This document shows, in pieces, positions 47,600-58,101 of a DNA stretch of 64,000 bases. The translations under genes and the position numbers were made by a program. This DNA comes from Candidatus Tayloriibacteriota bacterium (GTDB lineage Bacteria; Patescibacteriota; Minisyncoccia; Phycocordibacterales; PALSA-1337), in the NCBI GenBank assembly GCA_003151615.1, contig PLXZ01000001.1:67795-131794 (forward strand), read 5' to 3'. The notes under the pieces were generated by a model. The model worked only from the letters and a program-made list of their open reading frames with translations, was not told where the DNA came from and searched no databases. How positions within the stretch are numbered: the stretch's first letter is position 1; every line of letters starts with the position of its first letter.

Positions 47600-48271
47600 A
47601 TGAAAAAATATCGCATTGTTTCGGTTTCCGCAGTTTCGGCTACAATCGCATGTTTGTTTATAAGTGCCTCATCTTCCTTGGCGGCGACTTCCTTGACGAG
47701 CGTCGTGCAGACGAATATATATGGCGGCGGAGCAAGCGCTTCATCGAGCGCAAATGTAAATGTCGGCATCAACGGAAGCTACAACTCGAATAATGATGCG
47801 ACTTCAACTTCAGAAATGAATACCGGGGACAATGGCATCATTAACGCTAACGTCAATATCGGATCAAATGACGCGCAATTGAATGCCTATGCGCAGGCGA
47901 TTGCGGAAAATGACCCTTCAGTCAGCGCAGTTTCGACAACTGATAATAATGTATCAATATCCTATAAAGTTCCGGTGAAACTTTTTGGATTCATTCCGGT
48001 ATATGAAACCGAAACAATATCGGTAGACACTTCTGTTCAAGGATCAGCTCCCCATGCCAGCGTTCACCGCTCATGGTGGAGCTTCCTCGCCGCAGGAAAT
48101 AACAGCGGCAATGTGGCTGCTTTCTCTTCAAATTTGAATGATAGTCTCAGCGCCTCAGCTTCAGGTTCTTCCCAGACCCAAATCATGGCGGAAATAGAAG
48201 CGGCGGCCCGTTCATCAATGTCCGCATCCGCGACGGCATCGGCTTCCGGTTCAGCTTCAACAGGTTACTAA
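47600..48271 (+). CDS. secreted low-complexity (Ser/Ala/Asn-rich) protein
   Basis: signal peptide MKKYRIVSVSAVSATIACLFISASSSLAA. Confidence 0.4.
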   Translation: MKKYRIVSVSAVSATIACLFISASSSLAATSLTSVVQTNIYGGGASASSSANVNVGINGSYNSNNDATSTSEMNTGDNGIINANVNIGSNDAQLNAYAQAIAENDPSVSAVSTTDNNVSISYKVPVKLFGFIPVYETETISVDTSVQGSAPHASVHRSWWSFLAAGNNSGNVAAFSSNLNDSLSASASGSSQTQIMAEIEAAARSSMSASATASASGSASTGY

Positions 48272-48353
48272 TAGGCAGTCTCAAAAAACCAAAACAAATA
48301 TGCAAAAACGGAGGGTTCAAAACTTTCCGTTTTTATGTTATAACTTAAACATC

Positions 48354-48884
48354 ATGTCCGGACACAATAAATATTCAAAAATCAAGCATCAGAAGGCGAA
48401 AACGGATGCCCAGAAAAGCAAGATTTTCACGAAAATGGTGAAGCTCATTTCGGCCGAAGCCAAAAAAGCCCATGGAAATCTCCAATCCCCCGGCCTTGCC
48501 AATGCCATTGCGAAAGCCAAGAAGGAAAATGTACCGAACGACACGATCGATCGCGCAGTCAAAAAAGCGAGCGCCGACAATGCCGCGGCAATGGAAGCAA
48601 TAACCTATGAATCGTACGGACCGGGAGGAGTTGCGATCATCATCGAAGCTCTCACCGACAACAGAAACAAAGCGGCTCAGGAAATAAAACACATTTTGTC
48701 GCAAAACGGTTCTGAACTTGCCGCACCCGGCAGCGCATCATGGGCTTTCACAAAAACGCACGAAGGATGGGTTCCGCAGACGATGATTCCGATAGAAGAA
48801 GCCGACATCGCAACATTGGAAAAAATAGTCGAGGCTCTCGAAGAAAACGACGAGGTGCAGGATGTTTACACCAATGCGGAGTAG
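48354..48884 (+). CDS. yebC: YebC/PmpR-family transcriptional regulator (short form)
   Basis: MSGHNKYSKIKHQKAKTDAQKSKIFTKMVK... conserved YebC N-terminus. Confidence 0.7.
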   Translation: MSGHNKYSKIKHQKAKTDAQKSKIFTKMVKLISAEAKKAHGNLQSPGLANAIAKAKKENVPNDTIDRAVKKASADNAAAMEAITYESYGPGGVAIIIEALTDNRNKAAQEIKHILSQNGSELAAPGSASWAFTKTHEGWVPQTMIPIEEADIATLEKIVEALEENDEVQDVYTNAE

Positions 48885-48896
48885 TATACTTAGCAT

Positions 48897-49403
48897 ATGA
48901 CAATCATCGGCATAGATCCCGGATACGAACGCGTCGGCATCGCCGTCATTGAAAAAAGTTCTCCTAAGGAAAAGGAAATTCTCCTTCATTCGGAATGTTT
49001 TACGACGTCCTCGAAAACCGAAATATATGACCGGTTGACATCGGTCGGTTTGCGCGTACGGACTTTGATCCAGGAATTCAAACCCGACATGCTGGCAATG
49101 GAAACACTCTTCATAACAAAAAACCAAAAAACGGCGATGCATGTTTCCGAATCAAGGGGCATTATCGCCTACGAAGCGCGGCTGGGAGGCATCCCTATTT
49201 TTGAATATTCGCCGCCGCAGATAAAAATCGCGGTCACCGGCCACGGAAAAAGCGACAAAATTCAGATCATCAAGATGATTCCCCTCCTACTGAAAATGCC
49301 TCCCGAAAAATTGTCTGGTAAAATTCTCGACGACGAATACGACGCAATCGCCGTCGCCCTGACATGTTTGGCAAGTGACGCAAAAACGCCCAAGCGAGCT
49401 TAA
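48897..49403 (+). CDS. ruvC: crossover junction endodeoxyribonuclease RuvC
   Basis: MTIIGIDPGYERVGIAVIE..., catalytic acidic residues, 168 aa. Confidence 0.85.
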   Translation: MTIIGIDPGYERVGIAVIEKSSPKEKEILLHSECFTTSSKTEIYDRLTSVGLRVRTLIQEFKPDMLAMETLFITKNQKTAMHVSESRGIIAYEARLGGIPIFEYSPPQIKIAVTGHGKSDKIQIIKMIPLLLKMPPEKLSGKILDDEYDAIAVALTCLASDAKTPKRA

Positions 49404-49520
49404 AATAAGGCTAAATGGAAGCCTGAAACCGGGTTGAGTTTTCCACACCCGCCTCTATTTGCAAAATATTTTTATTTTGTTACAAATACACGTATCGACG
49501 GTATAAGCGACAAAATAAAA

Positions 49521-49697
49521 ATGCCAAAAACAAAAGTTAGGGAGAAACAAATCGAAATTCCTTCGGAAGAAAAAATAATCGAACCTGATCTCGTCGTGCC
49601 GGCAACGCTCGACGAAGACACGCCCGAGGAACCGGAAGACGACGAAACTCTCGATGATGACGAAGTCGATCCGTTCCACGACAAATGGGAGGAATAA
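49521..49697 (+). CDS. small acidic protein 58 aa
   Basis: MPKTKVREKQ... DEDTPEEPEDDETLDDDEVD. Confidence 0.3.
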   Translation: MPKTKVREKQIEIPSEEKIIEPDLVVPATLDEDTPEEPEDDETLDDDEVDPFHDKWEE

Positions 49698-49720
49698 AAA
49701 GCCCGGCATATCCGGGTTTT

Positions 49721-50935
49721 TTATCTGACAGTAATTTTTATAAAGCGCTTCTTGCCGATGCGAAGGGAGATTGCCCGTTCGATTTTATAATTGAAGTCGC
49801 CTATCGCGGCATTGTTTTCTATTTCAGTAACCGCGTTTGCTTCAATTAATCTCCGAAGTTCGCCTTTTGACTCCACAATTTTTTCCCGAAGAAGAATGTC
49901 CGCGAGAGCTGCACCTTTTTCGACAACAACCTCTTTAACATCTTCGGGTAATTCGCCTTTTTTGAACGTATTCGTGAAATTTTGCTCGGCTTCGTCCGCT
50001 GCGGATGCTCCGTGGTACATGGCAACGATTTCTTTTGCCAATCGGACTTTTAAATCTTTTGGATTCGCGCCAGCTTCCAGCATTTTTTTCATTTCCGCAA
50101 TTTTTACTATGGAAACATTAGTGCACAATTCAAATGCCGGTAAAATAAGCTCATCCGTCCACGACAAAATTTTTCCGAACATTTCCTGAGCTGACTGGTT
50201 AAGACTCACCATGTTGCCTTCGGTCTTTCCCATTTTTTTGCCGGATGGATCGACGAGCAGTTTCGTGGAAATGACGAATTTTTCCTTGTTCAAAATAGTT
50301 TTCGATAGATCGCGCCCCATGAGCATGTTAAATGTCTGGTCGTTTCCCCCGATTTCGCCGTCAACGTTCATGGCGACGCTGTCATATCCCTGCAAAAGCG
50401 GGTACATTATTTCGTGAATATAGAGCGGCTTTGATTCCTGCATTCTTTTTTCAAACATATCGCGCTTCAGCATCTGGTCAACGGTTACTTTCGAAGCGAG
50501 CTCGAGAACTTCGGCGAATTTCATTCTTGAAAGCCACTTTGAATTGTAGACGAGCTTTGCCTTGTTTGCGCCGGAAAATTTTAAAAAAGTTGAAGCCTGT
50601 TTTTTGTAAAACTTGGCATTTGTCAGAACTTCTTTTTTGGTCAACTTCTTGCGCAACGCCATTTTATCCGTCGGATCCCCAATCATAGCCGTAAAATCAC
50701 CGATAAGGAGGATGGCCTGATGACCCAAAGCTTGGAAATCAGCCAATTTTTTGAGAATAATTGCATGACCCAAGTGCAAAGTAGGACCAGTCGGATCAAT
50801 GCCGAGATACATTGAAAGGCGTTCGCCGCGGAGCATTTTAGCCCGGATGAAGTCTTTGCTCGGATATGCCACTTCAACGGCACGCGAGAGAAATTCATCT
50901 ACCTTTACCGGGTCAGTGACCGTTTTCATACCCAC
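49721..50935 (-). CDS. tyrS: tyrosine--tRNA ligase
   Basis: HIGH-type motif HLGHAI, KMSKS-type KMGKT, C-terminal S4-like domain. Confidence 0.9.
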   Translation of the reverse strand: MGMKTVTDPVKVDEFLSRAVEVAYPSKDFIRAKMLRGERLSMYLGIDPTGPTLHLGHAIILKKLADFQALGHQAILLIGDFTAMIGDPTDKMALRKKLTKKEVLTNAKFYKKQASTFLKFSGANKAKLVYNSKWLSRMKFAEVLELASKVTVDQMLKRDMFEKRMQESKPLYIHEIMYPLLQGYDSVAMNVDGEIGGNDQTFNMLMGRDLSKTILNKEKFVISTKLLVDPSGKKMGKTEGNMVSLNQSAQEMFGKILSWTDELILPAFELCTNVSIVKIAEMKKMLEAGANPKDLKVRLAKEIVAMYHGASAADEAEQNFTNTFKKGELPEDVKEVVVEKGAALADILLREKIVESKGELRRLIEANAVTEIENNAAIGDFNYKIERAISLRIGKKRFIKITVR

Positions 50936-50963
50936 AATTTAACATGTATGGTACAATTTTGCC

Positions 50964-53621
50964 ATGTTTCGATCTCTCGCACATAAAATTCGCCACGCGC
51001 GGCGGCGCTTCCAGGCGGCCCGCCATAATTTCCGGAGAAAGTTCCATAAAAAATGGTGGTACCGTCATTTTGAAGGGATAGTCCTCACCCTAATCTCGCT
51101 CTGCTTCATCATGGGCGGCTTACTCGCGGTTTGGGTCGCGAACCTGAAAATTCCCGATTTGAGCGCTTTTGAAAATATACAAGTTTCCCAGTCAACCAAA
51201 ATTTACGACCGTACCGGCACGGTTTTGCTCTATAGCATCAACCCGAACACGCGGCGAACCGTTGTTCCTTTCGACCAAATTTCTCCGTACATAAAAAACG
51301 CCACGATCGCAATCGAAGACTCCGATTTTTATACCAACATCGGCATCAAGCCCCTTTCCATCATCCGTTCCGGCATAGTCGATGTTTTTCACGCTGGCTA
51401 TGATCAGGGCGGATCGACAATTACCCAGCAGGTCATAAAAAACTCCCTTCTCACTTCAAACAAAACGATCTCGCGAAAGATAGAAGAGCTTGTGCTGGCA
51501 GTAAAACTGACGCGCGAAATGCCGAAAGACGATATTCTCGACACCTATTTGAATGAAATATCATACGGGGGAACGCTCGACGGAGTTGAATCGGCGAGTC
51601 AGGCATTTTTCGGAGTCGATGCAAGCAATGTTGACCTCGCGCAGGCGGCATACATAGCCGCGCTTCCCCAGGCGCCGAGCTTTTACTCTCCATATGGCCA
51701 GAATAAAGCGGCGCTGGATGCCAGACAAAAATTGGTTCTCCAGAGAATGCTCGTGAATAAATTAATTACGCAGGACCAGTACAATCAGGCGGTTGCTGAA
51801 ACAGTCACGTTCCTGCCCCAGAATAGCGGCGGAATTCTCGCGCCCCACTTCGTTTTTTACGTCGAAAATTTGCTCGAACAGCAATACGGCGACGATGCAA
51901 TTCTCAATGGCGGACTGAAAGTCATAACTACTCTCGATTATAGCCTACAACAGAAAATGGAAGGCGTTGTGTCAACATTTGGACCTCAAATCGAACAGCA
52001 ATATGAAGCAAGCAACACAGCCGCAGTCGCCATTAACCCTCAAAACGGAGATATACTGGCCATGATCGGTTCCCGGGATTACAATGACCAGAGCATCCAG
52101 GGTAATTATAATGACGCCACAGCCGAACGCCAGCCTGGTTCAACATTCAAACCTTTCGTATATACGACCCTTTTTGAAAAGGGATTTACACCCGACACAA
52201 TTCTGTTTGACGTCCCTACGGAATTTTCAACTTCATGCACCGTTGAAGGAATGCCGATTAACCCGACTGCGGCATCGAGTACTTGCTACCATCCGCAGGA
52301 TTATGACAGTAAATGGATGGGTCCGATTCCGATTCGCGTGGCGCTTGCCCAATCGCGAAACGTTCCCGCGGTTGAATCTCTGTATATGGCCGGAATTCCA
52401 CAATCAATTACGACGGCTCAAGCTATGGGTATAACAAGCCTGACTGATGCAAACCGTTACGGACTGACTCTCGTGCTGGGAGGAGGAGAAGTTTCGCTTC
52501 TTGAAATGACCAGCGCTTACGGCGTATTCGCGAATGACGGTGTTCGAAATCCATACCGTTCGATATTGGAAGTGCAGGACAGCAACGGAAATATTCTTCA
52601 GCAGGCAGCATCAACAACTGACGGCGTTCAGGTTATTCCGGCCCAGAATGCGCGCCAGATAAGCGATATTCTTTCCGACCAGACTCCCGGCATCATGATG
52701 TCGAGCATCAAAGCTCTCGTCCAGCCGATGAACCGTCCCGTTGCCATAAAAACAGGAACGACGAACGACGACCGCGACGTATGGGCAATCGGTTATGCGC
52801 CGAATCTCGTCATCGGAGTTTGGGGTGGTAAAAATGACAACACCCCGATGGATACTTCCGGTACTGCCGGACTTATCATTACGCCTACATGGGCCGCGTT
52901 GATGACTGTTGCATTGCCGGGATTGCCTGTCGAAAATTTTAAGGCGCCAAATCCAACCCCGGCGACTGATAAACCTATACTACGCGGCATATGGCAGGGC
53001 GGAGTGTCATATAAAATAGACACGGTCTCAGGAAAAGTGGCTACGCAATACACGCCGGCCGCGACAACAAAAGAAATTGTCTTTGACGATGTTCATTCAA
53101 TATTAAATTGGCTTGATCCGAATGATCCTCTCGGTCCTGCGCCGACCAATGCTTCGAGTAGTTCACAATACCCGTATTGGGAATATGCCGTCTCGCAATG
53201 GATGACAACTACGTATTTACCGGCACATCCTGATTTCAAGGAAGTTCCGGCAGCCGCTCAAATCATACCGACTGCAACCGATGACGTGCATGTGCCTGCG
53301 AATTTTCCCATGGTGACAATCACTTCTCCTTTAAATGGAACGACTGTCGACCCGAGCCAAAGAATGACTGTCAATTTCACCGAGAGCGGCAAGTATCCCC
53401 TTCAAAAAGCCGATTTATACGTGAACGGCAATTATATTACTACAAACAATACAAGTTTGGCGACATTCTCATTCACACCGAATGACGTAGGAGCCACTGC
53501 GGGCATTAATACCATCGAAATTGATGCGTACGACTCCGTCCTTAACCAAGGACAAGGCACGACCACATTCACGATAGCGGGCGCCGCCAACTCCACTTCT
53601 ACTGGAGATCAGACACAATAA
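50964..53621 (+). CDS. class A penicillin-binding protein (PBP1A-type transglycosylase/transpeptidase)
   Basis: N-terminal TM; GT51 motifs (EDSDFYTN..., GGSTITQQ); transpeptidase STFKPF, KTGTTND. Confidence 0.85.
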   Translation: MFRSLAHKIRHARRRFQAARHNFRRKFHKKWWYRHFEGIVLTLISLCFIMGGLLAVWVANLKIPDLSAFENIQVSQSTKIYDRTGTVLLYSINPNTRRTVVPFDQISPYIKNATIAIEDSDFYTNIGIKPLSIIRSGIVDVFHAGYDQGGSTITQQVIKNSLLTSNKTISRKIEELVLAVKLTREMPKDDILDTYLNEISYGGTLDGVESASQAFFGVDASNVDLAQAAYIAALPQAPSFYSPYGQNKAALDARQKLVLQRMLVNKLITQDQYNQAVAETVTFLPQNSGGILAPHFVFYVENLLEQQYGDDAILNGGLKVITTLDYSLQQKMEGVVSTFGPQIEQQYEASNTAAVAINPQNGDILAMIGSRDYNDQSIQGNYNDATAERQPGSTFKPFVYTTLFEKGFTPDTILFDVPTEFSTSCTVEGMPINPTAASSTCYHPQDYDSKWMGPIPIRVALAQSRNVPAVESLYMAGIPQSITTAQAMGITSLTDANRYGLTLVLGGGEVSLLEMTSAYGVFANDGVRNPYRSILEVQDSNGNILQQAASTTDGVQVIPAQNARQISDILSDQTPGIMMSSIKALVQPMNRPVAIKTGTTNDDRDVWAIGYAPNLVIGVWGGKNDNTPMDTSGTAGLIITPTWAALMTVALPGLPVENFKAPNPTPATDKPILRGIWQGGVSYKIDTVSGKVATQYTPAATTKEIVFDDVHSILNWLDPNDPLGPAPTNASSSSQYPYWEYAVSQWMTTTYLPAHPDFKEVPAAAQIIPTATDDVHVPANFPMVTITSPLNGTTVDPSQRMTVNFTESGKYPLQKADLYVNGNYITTNNTSLATFSFTPNDVGATAGINTIEIDAYDSVLNQGQGTTTFTIAGAANSTSTGDQTQ

Positions 53622-53865
53622 AACCGGGTAGTTGCGTTCGAATTTCAGCCAGAATCACCTCTTTTTTCATAAAGATATGGTTTCGCGCGGCCGGACCGCC
53701 TTGAATCCTGATAATTTTGTTTTTCATCTCAATTTCCTTCAAATCAAGCTTCACTCCGGCAATTTTTTCTATTGAATCGACAATAATTTGCCTCGTGCCC
53801 ATCTCTTTCAATGCCGCATTTTTGAATTTATCGAAAAAACCGCCGATATTGAAGTTAATTGGCAT
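53599..53865 (-). CDS. small protein 88 aa, possibly DUF721/DciA-like (located next to dnaN)
   Basis: position between dnaN and next gene; size; no strong motif. Confidence 0.3.
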   Translation of the reverse strand: MPINFNIGGFFDKFKNAALKEMGTRQIIVDSIEKIAGVKLDLKEIEMKNKIIRIQGGPAARNHIFMKKEVILAEIRTQLPGFIVSDLQ

Positions 53866-53880
53866 ATAAAAAACCTGTTA

Positions 53881-54987
53881 TTAGCGGTTCATCGGCATCA
53901 CAAGATACAAAAAGCTGTTGTCGGCAACTGGGCGGATGACAAGAGGTTTGTTGGGACCGCTGAAATCGAGCGAAATGCTGTCTGTGTCAATTGATTGGAG
54001 GCAATCGACGATATACCGATGGTTGAAATTGATTTCTGTCTCGTCCCCAGAAACTGTTGCGTCTATTTTCTGGAGATTTTCACCGATATCGTTGTTTTTT
54101 GTCTGAATTTCAAAGACACCTTTGTTCGGGACAATTTTGAAATGTATCTGATTGAACTTATCCGAGAAAATATGGGAAATTTTCATGGCATCCGCGAAAT
54201 CCTGCTTCAAAATAACGGAGTTTGTCTTTACTTCCTTCGGGATGATCTGGCGATAGTCCGGAAATACCCCGTCGATGACGCGGGATACCAGATATACACC
54301 ATTATATGAAAGTGAAATTTGATTTTTATTGAAGCTAATCGACATTTCCGCATTTATTCCTTCAAAAATCCTGACAATCTCGCTGATGTTCTTGAATGGA
54401 ACGAGGATTTGCCCGAAATCAACCGCTTTTTTCAGTTTTATCTTCTTTTCGGCAAGGCGGAATGAGTCTGTCGCGGCAAATATGATATATCCGTCATCTT
54501 GGTATACGTAAACACTCGAAAGTTCCGGTTTTACGCCTGAAATAGAGGCACTGTACCAGACATTTTTCAGACCTTTTATGAAATCATTTGAAGAAATATT
54601 GAATTCCTTACCTGCCACAACCCTCGGAATATTTGGAAACTCCTCATGCGACATGGTTTTGATGGTTCCATTGGAATGTTGCGTCTTTATAAGGAGATTA
54701 TTGCCGTCAACCTCAAGTTTTATGTCTTTTCCTCCTGTAGTGAGACTTGATAGAAATGAATACGCAACTGCCGCAGGTACGGCAACAGTTCCTTCTTTTA
54801 ATACCTTTGCAGGTATGACGATTTCAACCCCTAAATCAAGGTTTGTAGCCTTAATTACCAGAGTATTGTTCTTTTTAGCTTCCAAAAGAAGACAAGAAAG
54901 GACGGGCAACGTCGGGTGTCTTCCGGCGATCCGTTGGGCTTTGTGAATTCCATCTATTATTTTATCTTGTCCACATTCTATGTTCAT
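53881..54987 (-). CDS. dnaN: DNA polymerase III beta sliding clamp
   Basis: three-domain 368 aa, N-terminus MNIECGQDKIIDGIHKAQRIAG...LPVLSCLLLEA. Confidence 0.9.
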   Translation of the reverse strand: MNIECGQDKIIDGIHKAQRIAGRHPTLPVLSCLLLEAKKNNTLVIKATNLDLGVEIVIPAKVLKEGTVAVPAAVAYSFLSSLTTGGKDIKLEVDGNNLLIKTQHSNGTIKTMSHEEFPNIPRVVAGKEFNISSNDFIKGLKNVWYSASISGVKPELSSVYVYQDDGYIIFAATDSFRLAEKKIKLKKAVDFGQILVPFKNISEIVRIFEGINAEMSISFNKNQISLSYNGVYLVSRVIDGVFPDYRQIIPKEVKTNSVILKQDFADAMKISHIFSDKFNQIHFKIVPNKGVFEIQTKNNDIGENLQKIDATVSGDETEINFNHRYIVDCLQSIDTDSISLDFSGPNKPLVIRPVADNSFLYLVMPMNR

Positions 54988-55209
54988 GATTTTTATTTTT
55001 AAAAAAGAAATTTTACTACTATTAGCGGTGTGGATATGGTGATAACTTTTTTAAGTCATATTCTTCAATGCGCCTTTTAAAGAATTATTTACATAACCTG
55101 TTGATATCTCCGGGATGATTGTGGAGTAAAACTTGTCATAAAAATCTTTCCACAACGTCTCCATGACTTTTCCTTGTCTTATCCCCAAAACTATTCCCAA
55201 TCCGCGCGA
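54988..55209. promoter_or_regulatory. dnaA-dnaN intergenic region with DnaA-box-like 9-mers (TTATCCCCA, TTTCCACAA, TGTGGAGTA): oriC half
   Basis: 9-mers within 1-2 mismatches of TTATCCACA read directly; AT-rich. Confidence 0.5.
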
Positions 55210-56571
55210 TCAGATCATGCCGCGGATCTGGGAGATTTCTTCGAGGAGGATTGGATTTGTTTTCAAATCATTTTTTACTTTTTCATACGAGTGTATGGCT
55301 GTTGTGTGGTCGCGGCCGCCCAATTTATCTCCAATCGAAGGAAAAGAGATGTTGAAGTCCTCGCGAAGGATGTACATGATGATCTGTCGCGGCTTCACAA
55401 CCTCTTTTCTTCGCGTTTTATCGTAAACACTGTCTTCTTTTATATTATAGAAGTCGGAAATAACCTTCACGATGTCTTTCACTGAGGCATTTTTCTTCGG
55501 TTTGGTGCTGTTTTTGACTAAAGCCTTTATTTCCATCAAACTCAACTCTTTTCCTTTGAATTGAATTTGGTGGACGATGGTGTTAACGAGGCCTTCAATC
55601 TCTCGGATGCTTCCGTCGATGTTTTCAGCGATAAATTCGACGATTTCCTTTGGCAGTGAAATCGAATATGTTTCCAATTTAGCCTTTAATATAGCCATTC
55701 TGGACTCATAATCAGGTTCGGGAATATCAATAATCATTCCGGCTGAAAAACGGGTCTTTAAACGTTCTTCGAGATTGGGAATGAAGTTCGGATGACGGTC
55801 CGAAGAGAAAACAAGCTGGCGGTTCGTGTCATGGAAGGTGTTAAAGAGATGAAAAAGCTCTTCTTGCATTTTTTCCTTGCTCGAAAAGAACTGAACGTCG
55901 TCCATGACGATGACATCATATTTGCGATACTTGTCTTTGAACTGCTGAGCCTTGTTTTCCTGGAGGGATGTGAGGTATTCCGATCCAAAACGCTCCGACG
56001 TCAGGTAAAAAACTTTTTTATCGGGAAAAGCTTTCTTGATGTGGTTGCCTACTGCCTGTATAAGGTGCGTCTTGCCGTGTCCAGTGCCTCCATATATGAA
56101 GAGAGGGTTGTAGGAGTGTCCCGGGTTCTTTACGACGGTCTGCGCGGCACTGTGGGCTATCTCGTTGAACGGCCCGACGATGAAATTTTCAAAAATATAG
56201 CGCGGATTGAGATTGTCGTCCTTGTTGATGTAATAATTTTCGAGCGGCATTGAAATAGTGGGAGTGAGATCCTGCACTTTCTTCTTTTCCTCGACTTTTT
56301 TACGCGAATCTTCCTTTACGATGGTATATTCAAGCGCACGGACATGGTCATTGAGCTTGCGGAGAGCTCGCAAGATCTCGTTATGGAACTTCCCTGACAG
56401 CCAATCATAGGCGAACGGGCTTGGAACCCCCAAATGCACCACTCCCTCCTCGATTTTGATGATGCGGGTGCCGCCAAACCATGTGGAAAAGTTGTTTTTT
56501 GAGGTGGCTCCCTGGACCTCTACCAGTACCCCTTCCCACAGTTGCGCAAAGTCATTCATAGGTGAAAGCAT
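55210..56571 (-). CDS. dnaA: chromosomal replication initiator DnaA
   Basis: Walker [17 protein letters not shown]+ sensor motifs, C-terminal DNA-binding domain ...[11 protein letters not shown]. Confidence 0.95.
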   Translation of the reverse strand: MLSPMNDFAQLWEGVLVEVQGATSKNNFSTWFGGTRIIKIEEGVVHLGVPSPFAYDWLSGKFHNEILRALRKLNDHVRALEYTIVKEDSRKKVEEKKKVQDLTPTISMPLENYYINKDDNLNPRYIFENFIVGPFNEIAHSAAQTVVKNPGHSYNPLFIYGGTGHGKTHLIQAVGNHIKKAFPDKKVFYLTSERFGSEYLTSLQENKAQQFKDKYRKYDVIVMDDVQFFSSKEKMQEELFHLFNTFHDTNRQLVFSSDRHPNFIPNLEERLKTRFSAGMIIDIPEPDYESRMAILKAKLETYSISLPKEIVEFIAENIDGSIREIEGLVNTIVHQIQFKGKELSLMEIKALVKNSTKPKKNASVKDIVKVISDFYNIKEDSVYDKTRRKEVVKPRQIIMYILREDFNISFPSIGDKLGGRDHTTAIHSYEKVKNDLKTNPILLEEISQIRGMI

Positions 56572-56598
56572 TATATACTGCCTTATATTTTATGGAAC

Positions 56599-56638
56599 TT
56601 GTGGAAAGTTTATAACTATGTTGATAACCTGTGGATTG
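56599..56638. promoter_or_regulatory. cluster of DnaA boxes upstream of dnaA (TGTGGAAAG 56600-56608, TGTTGATAA 56619-56627, TGTGGATTG 56630-56638): oriC / dnaA promoter region
   Basis: three 9-mers within 1-2 mismatches of TGTGGATAA within 40 bp. Confidence 0.6.
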
Positions 56639-56746
56639 TCCGGAAACTATTTTCGAAATTTTTTAAAGGACAATTTTTTCCGGAAAGATCCGCACTATTG
56701 CCTTTCCCTTGTCTTTTTTGCGACTTTGCTATATAGTTGCTCCACT

Positions 56747-56893
56747 ATGTCATTCACATACAACCCAAAGAAACGAAAGCGCGCGAAGTCCCACGGATTT
56801 TTGGTGCGCAAGCGCACGCCCGCAGGCAAACGAGTTCTCAAGCGCCGCCGCCAGAAGGGCCGCAAGAACGTTTCGATCAAGAAGACGAAATAA
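56747..56893 (+). CDS. rpmH: 50S ribosomal protein L34
   Basis: [40 protein letters not shown]; internal start of the ORF-track ORF chosen. Confidence 0.9.
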   Translation: MSFTYNPKKRKRAKSHGFLVRKRTPAGKRVLKRRRQKGRKNVSIKKTK

Positions 56894-56907
56894 ATAAAGC
56901 CAAAGCC

Positions 56908-57282
56908 ATGCTTCCGGCAAACAGACGACTGACCACCGAGTTTTTTGAAGAAACGATCGCTGGTCGGTCGTTTCATTCTCCTTTGCTGAGTATAAAAGTC
57001 ATTTTGTCCTCGAAAATTTCGGAAAATTTGTCGAAAAAAAGCCGCTTCGCGGTTGCAGCCTCAAAAAAGTATTTCAAGACGGCAATTTCGAGAAATAATG
57101 CCCGGCGCCGGGTGTATGCGACAATATCTTCCCTTCTTTCCCATATTGCCGATGGATTTTTTGTAGTCATTCTCATAAAACCTGAAGCTTTGAAATTAAA
57201 ACCGGCTGAATTACGGTCAGCCGTCGGAACTATTTTCGACAAAGCCGGAATTATGAAAAAAGGCCAATCTAAAGTAGAATAA
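56908..57282 (+). CDS. rnpA: ribonuclease P protein component
   Basis: RNR motif region NNARRRV, size 124 aa, position after rpmH. Confidence 0.85.
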   Translation: MLPANRRLTTEFFEETIAGRSFHSPLLSIKVILSSKISENLSKKSRFAVAASKKYFKTAISRNNARRRVYATISSLLSHIADGFFVVILIKPEALKLKPAELRSAVGTIFDKAGIMKKGQSKVE

Positions 57283-57304
57283 GCAGTACATTATTGTCGC
57301 ACAT

Positions 57305-58093
57305 ATGTTTGGCTACCTCTATAACACAGTTATTTTTTGGCCCCTCTATAACGGCCTCATCGGCCTCATATCATTGGCACCGCATATTATCGACGCGGGA
57401 ATAGCGGTTATTCTCTTCACTATAATAGTACGGCTCATCCTGTTCCCTCTTTCGCGAAAGGCAATCATTGCCCAGATAAAAATGCGCGAGATTCAACCTG
57501 AACTCGATGCTATAAAGGTTACCTATAAAAACGACAAACAACTCCAAGGCACAAAAACGCTTGAAGTTTACAAGAAGAACGGCGTAAACCCTTTCTCAAG
57601 CGTCCTTCTGCTTTTCATCCAACTGCCGATCATGTACGCATTGTATTCGGTTTTTATCCGTTCCGGCCTGCCGGTTGTTGATACGACAATTCTCTATCAT
57701 TTCGTCACGATTCCGGTCATAAATATCCATTTCCTCGGATTTTTTGACGTGACAAAAAGCAGCATCATCCTTTCCTTGGGTGCGTCAGTTGCGCAATATT
57801 TGCAATTGGAATTTTCGCTCAACCAGATGAAGAAGACCGCGCCGGCAAAAAGCGGCAACAATGTCAAAGGCGCTTCTTCGCAGGCAGACATGGCTCAGAA
57901 CATGACGAAGCAAATGAAATACATCTTTCCCGTCATCATTTTCGTCATTTCCTACCGGCTTTCAGGCGTATTGTCGCTCTACTGGATAACCACGAACCTT
58001 TTCACGCTCGGACAGGAATTTTATGTACGCCGCCGCATTGCAAAGGAAGGCGAACGAAAGGTTCTCGCGGAACTTGAGGCCGAGAAATTCTAA
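57305..58093 (+). CDS. yidC: membrane protein insertase YidC (short, Gram-positive/CPR type)
   Basis: 5 TM helices, conserved ...IIVRLILFPL... and C-terminal basic tail. Confidence 0.85.
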   Translation: MFGYLYNTVIFWPLYNGLIGLISLAPHIIDAGIAVILFTIIVRLILFPLSRKAIIAQIKMREIQPELDAIKVTYKNDKQLQGTKTLEVYKKNGVNPFSSVLLLFIQLPIMYALYSVFIRSGLPVVDTTILYHFVTIPVINIHFLGFFDVTKSSIILSLGASVAQYLQLEFSLNQMKKTAPAKSGNNVKGASSQADMAQNMTKQMKYIFPVIIFVISYRLSGVLSLYWITTNLFTLGQEFYVRRRIAKEGERKVLAELEAEKF

Positions 58094-58101
58094 GGGGACA
58101 C

